Shown here piece by piece: positions 62,604 to 64,000 of a stretch of DNA of 64,000 nt; position 1 is the first letter of the stretch; every line of letters starts with the position of its first letter. The stretch is from Octopus sinensis. Lineage: Eukaryota. A model generated the notes under the pieces. That model was given only the letters and a program-made list of their open reading frames with translations, was not told where the DNA came from and did not search any database. Location: positions 175,088,001-175,152,000 of the forward strand of contig NC_042998.1 of NCBI RefSeq assembly GCF_006345805.1, given 5' to 3'. A program made the translations under genes and the position numbers.

Positions 62604-63198
62604 TTAAGTATAACCTGATAGCTTATTTGACCAATCTTATTCAACTACTAGTTGAATAAGCCATCAAACAAAACTTGGTTCCAGTCAAAATAAATTTTAT
62701 AATGAATTTGACCGTACTTTCTACTTATTAGTATATGTTCTGTAGTTATTCTTATTCTTGCTATAGAATCATCACTTGAAATCAACCCACTCATGCACAC
62801 ATACACACATGTCCATATAAGCAGTTGTACAATTAATTCTTTCTATTATATGTACAGGGCTTGAAGTTTTGTGGGAGGAGGTAAGTCAATTACATCAACC
62901 TCATGCTAGATTAGTACTTATTTCATCAACCCCAAAAGGATGAAAAGCAAAGTTGACCTCAGCAGAATTTGATCTCAGAACATAAAGTTGGAAGATAGTT
63001 GCACAAATACTGCAAACAATTCGATTAATATGCTACATTTCTCATTCCAAAATGTTGCATGATACTTTTTAAAATATTCCCATATTGAATCTCATTGCCC
63101 TCCAAAATATTGCTAAAATACACACTACACTTCACATAATATGCCTAGATTGCTGCACTACCTTCTCTTGATATACCACCACTGTCACTTCTCACAAT

Positions 63199-63790
63199 CA
63201 TCATCGTTTAACGTCCGTTTTCCATGCTAGCATGGGTTGGACGGTTCAACTGGGGTCTGGGAAGCCAGGAGGCTGCACCAGGCTCCAGTCTGGTGCTGCT
63301 ACGCCAGTCATTGGGTATGACTCCATCATGAACTACCTGGTTTACAATGCGGGTAACTAGGCCATAGCCCACACCACCATTTTAAGCATCTCAGCAGTGA
63401 TTCCTGATGGGCTGGGGGGCTTTTCCTGGCTTCATACCCTTAATTGCTTTATCTACCTGGGAGCTGTCTATTCGGATAGCTGGTCCCTCTACTGCGTCAA
63501 TATTTGGCAGGCTCTCTTCCTCCCATTCATTCTCCACATTCAGCAGTATTTCATAATGGCTTCTCCAAGCCTCTTTCTTTACAGAATCATTAAAAGCAAG
63601 TGCACCATCATCCATGCAGACATATTTCTCTTCCGTGACATCACAATTTTCTCTCACACACTGTCTTGCAATCCGAAATAGTTCAGTTCGCTGAACATTG
63701 GCAAACTTATACCTCACGTCGCTGGACATTGGCAAACTTCTTCTTTTCTGCTTCGCCCCTGGCTATGTATACCTGCCGCCCCGCACCACT
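63199..63790 (-). mobile_element. RTE LINE piece: pre-RT ORF2 segment joined to the 3' tail
   Basis: ELFRIARQCVREN.DV..EKYV..DDGALA..KKEAWRSHYE.LLNVENEW..AIKGMKPGKAP..VIPNDWRSST, followed directly by the terminal ~95 nt of the RTE 3' UTR. Confidence 0.8.
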
Positions 63791-64000
63791 ACTATCCTCT
63801 AGACCAACAAGCATCATATCATAAGGTGCTCAGTGAGATTTCAGTTTGTAATCATGAAGTATGTATGTAAAACATTGCATATCCCTTCACATTACTCTTA
63901 AATATTCATTAAATAACCTTTAGTACCATACTGATGATGAGTGGCACTAGCATTCTAGATGTAAGCAAGCCAAGAAGTTACACCTGTATGAGAATAGTCA

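Noticed and set aside
1-64000. CRISPR arrays, rRNA, operons or other prokaryotic systems
   Set aside because: None seen; the repeats are eukaryotic interspersed elements and microsatellites.

Overview
AT-rich, repeat-dense animal genomic DNA. The SINE/LINE/MITE families match my recollection of Octopus (coleoid cephalopod) repeats, but this is pattern recognition, not a database result. No host protein-coding gene could be identified with confidence, so the window reads as a large intron or intergenic region. Almost all ORF-track ORFs are microsatellite, SINE or decayed-transposon artefacts. Recognisable elements are: a decayed copia-like gag-pol interrupted by a piggyBac-type (TTAA) element, a complete but dead mariner, a Helitron with both termini and a RepHel fragment, hAT and Tc1 MITEs with target-site duplications (TSDs), RTE/BovB-, I-like and R4/Dong-like LINE remnants, a gypsy integrase fragment, and at least three tRNA-derived SINE families. 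The most notable signal is a set of small Penelope-like (PLE) inserts carrying type I minimal hammerhead ribozyme (HHR) folds. One family, present three times, has an inverted-arm-plus-tail architecture, 10-12 bp TSDs, a swapped G3:C8 catalytic-core pair and an extra nucleotide after A9; its copy at 50879-50929 (minus) appears fully intact.
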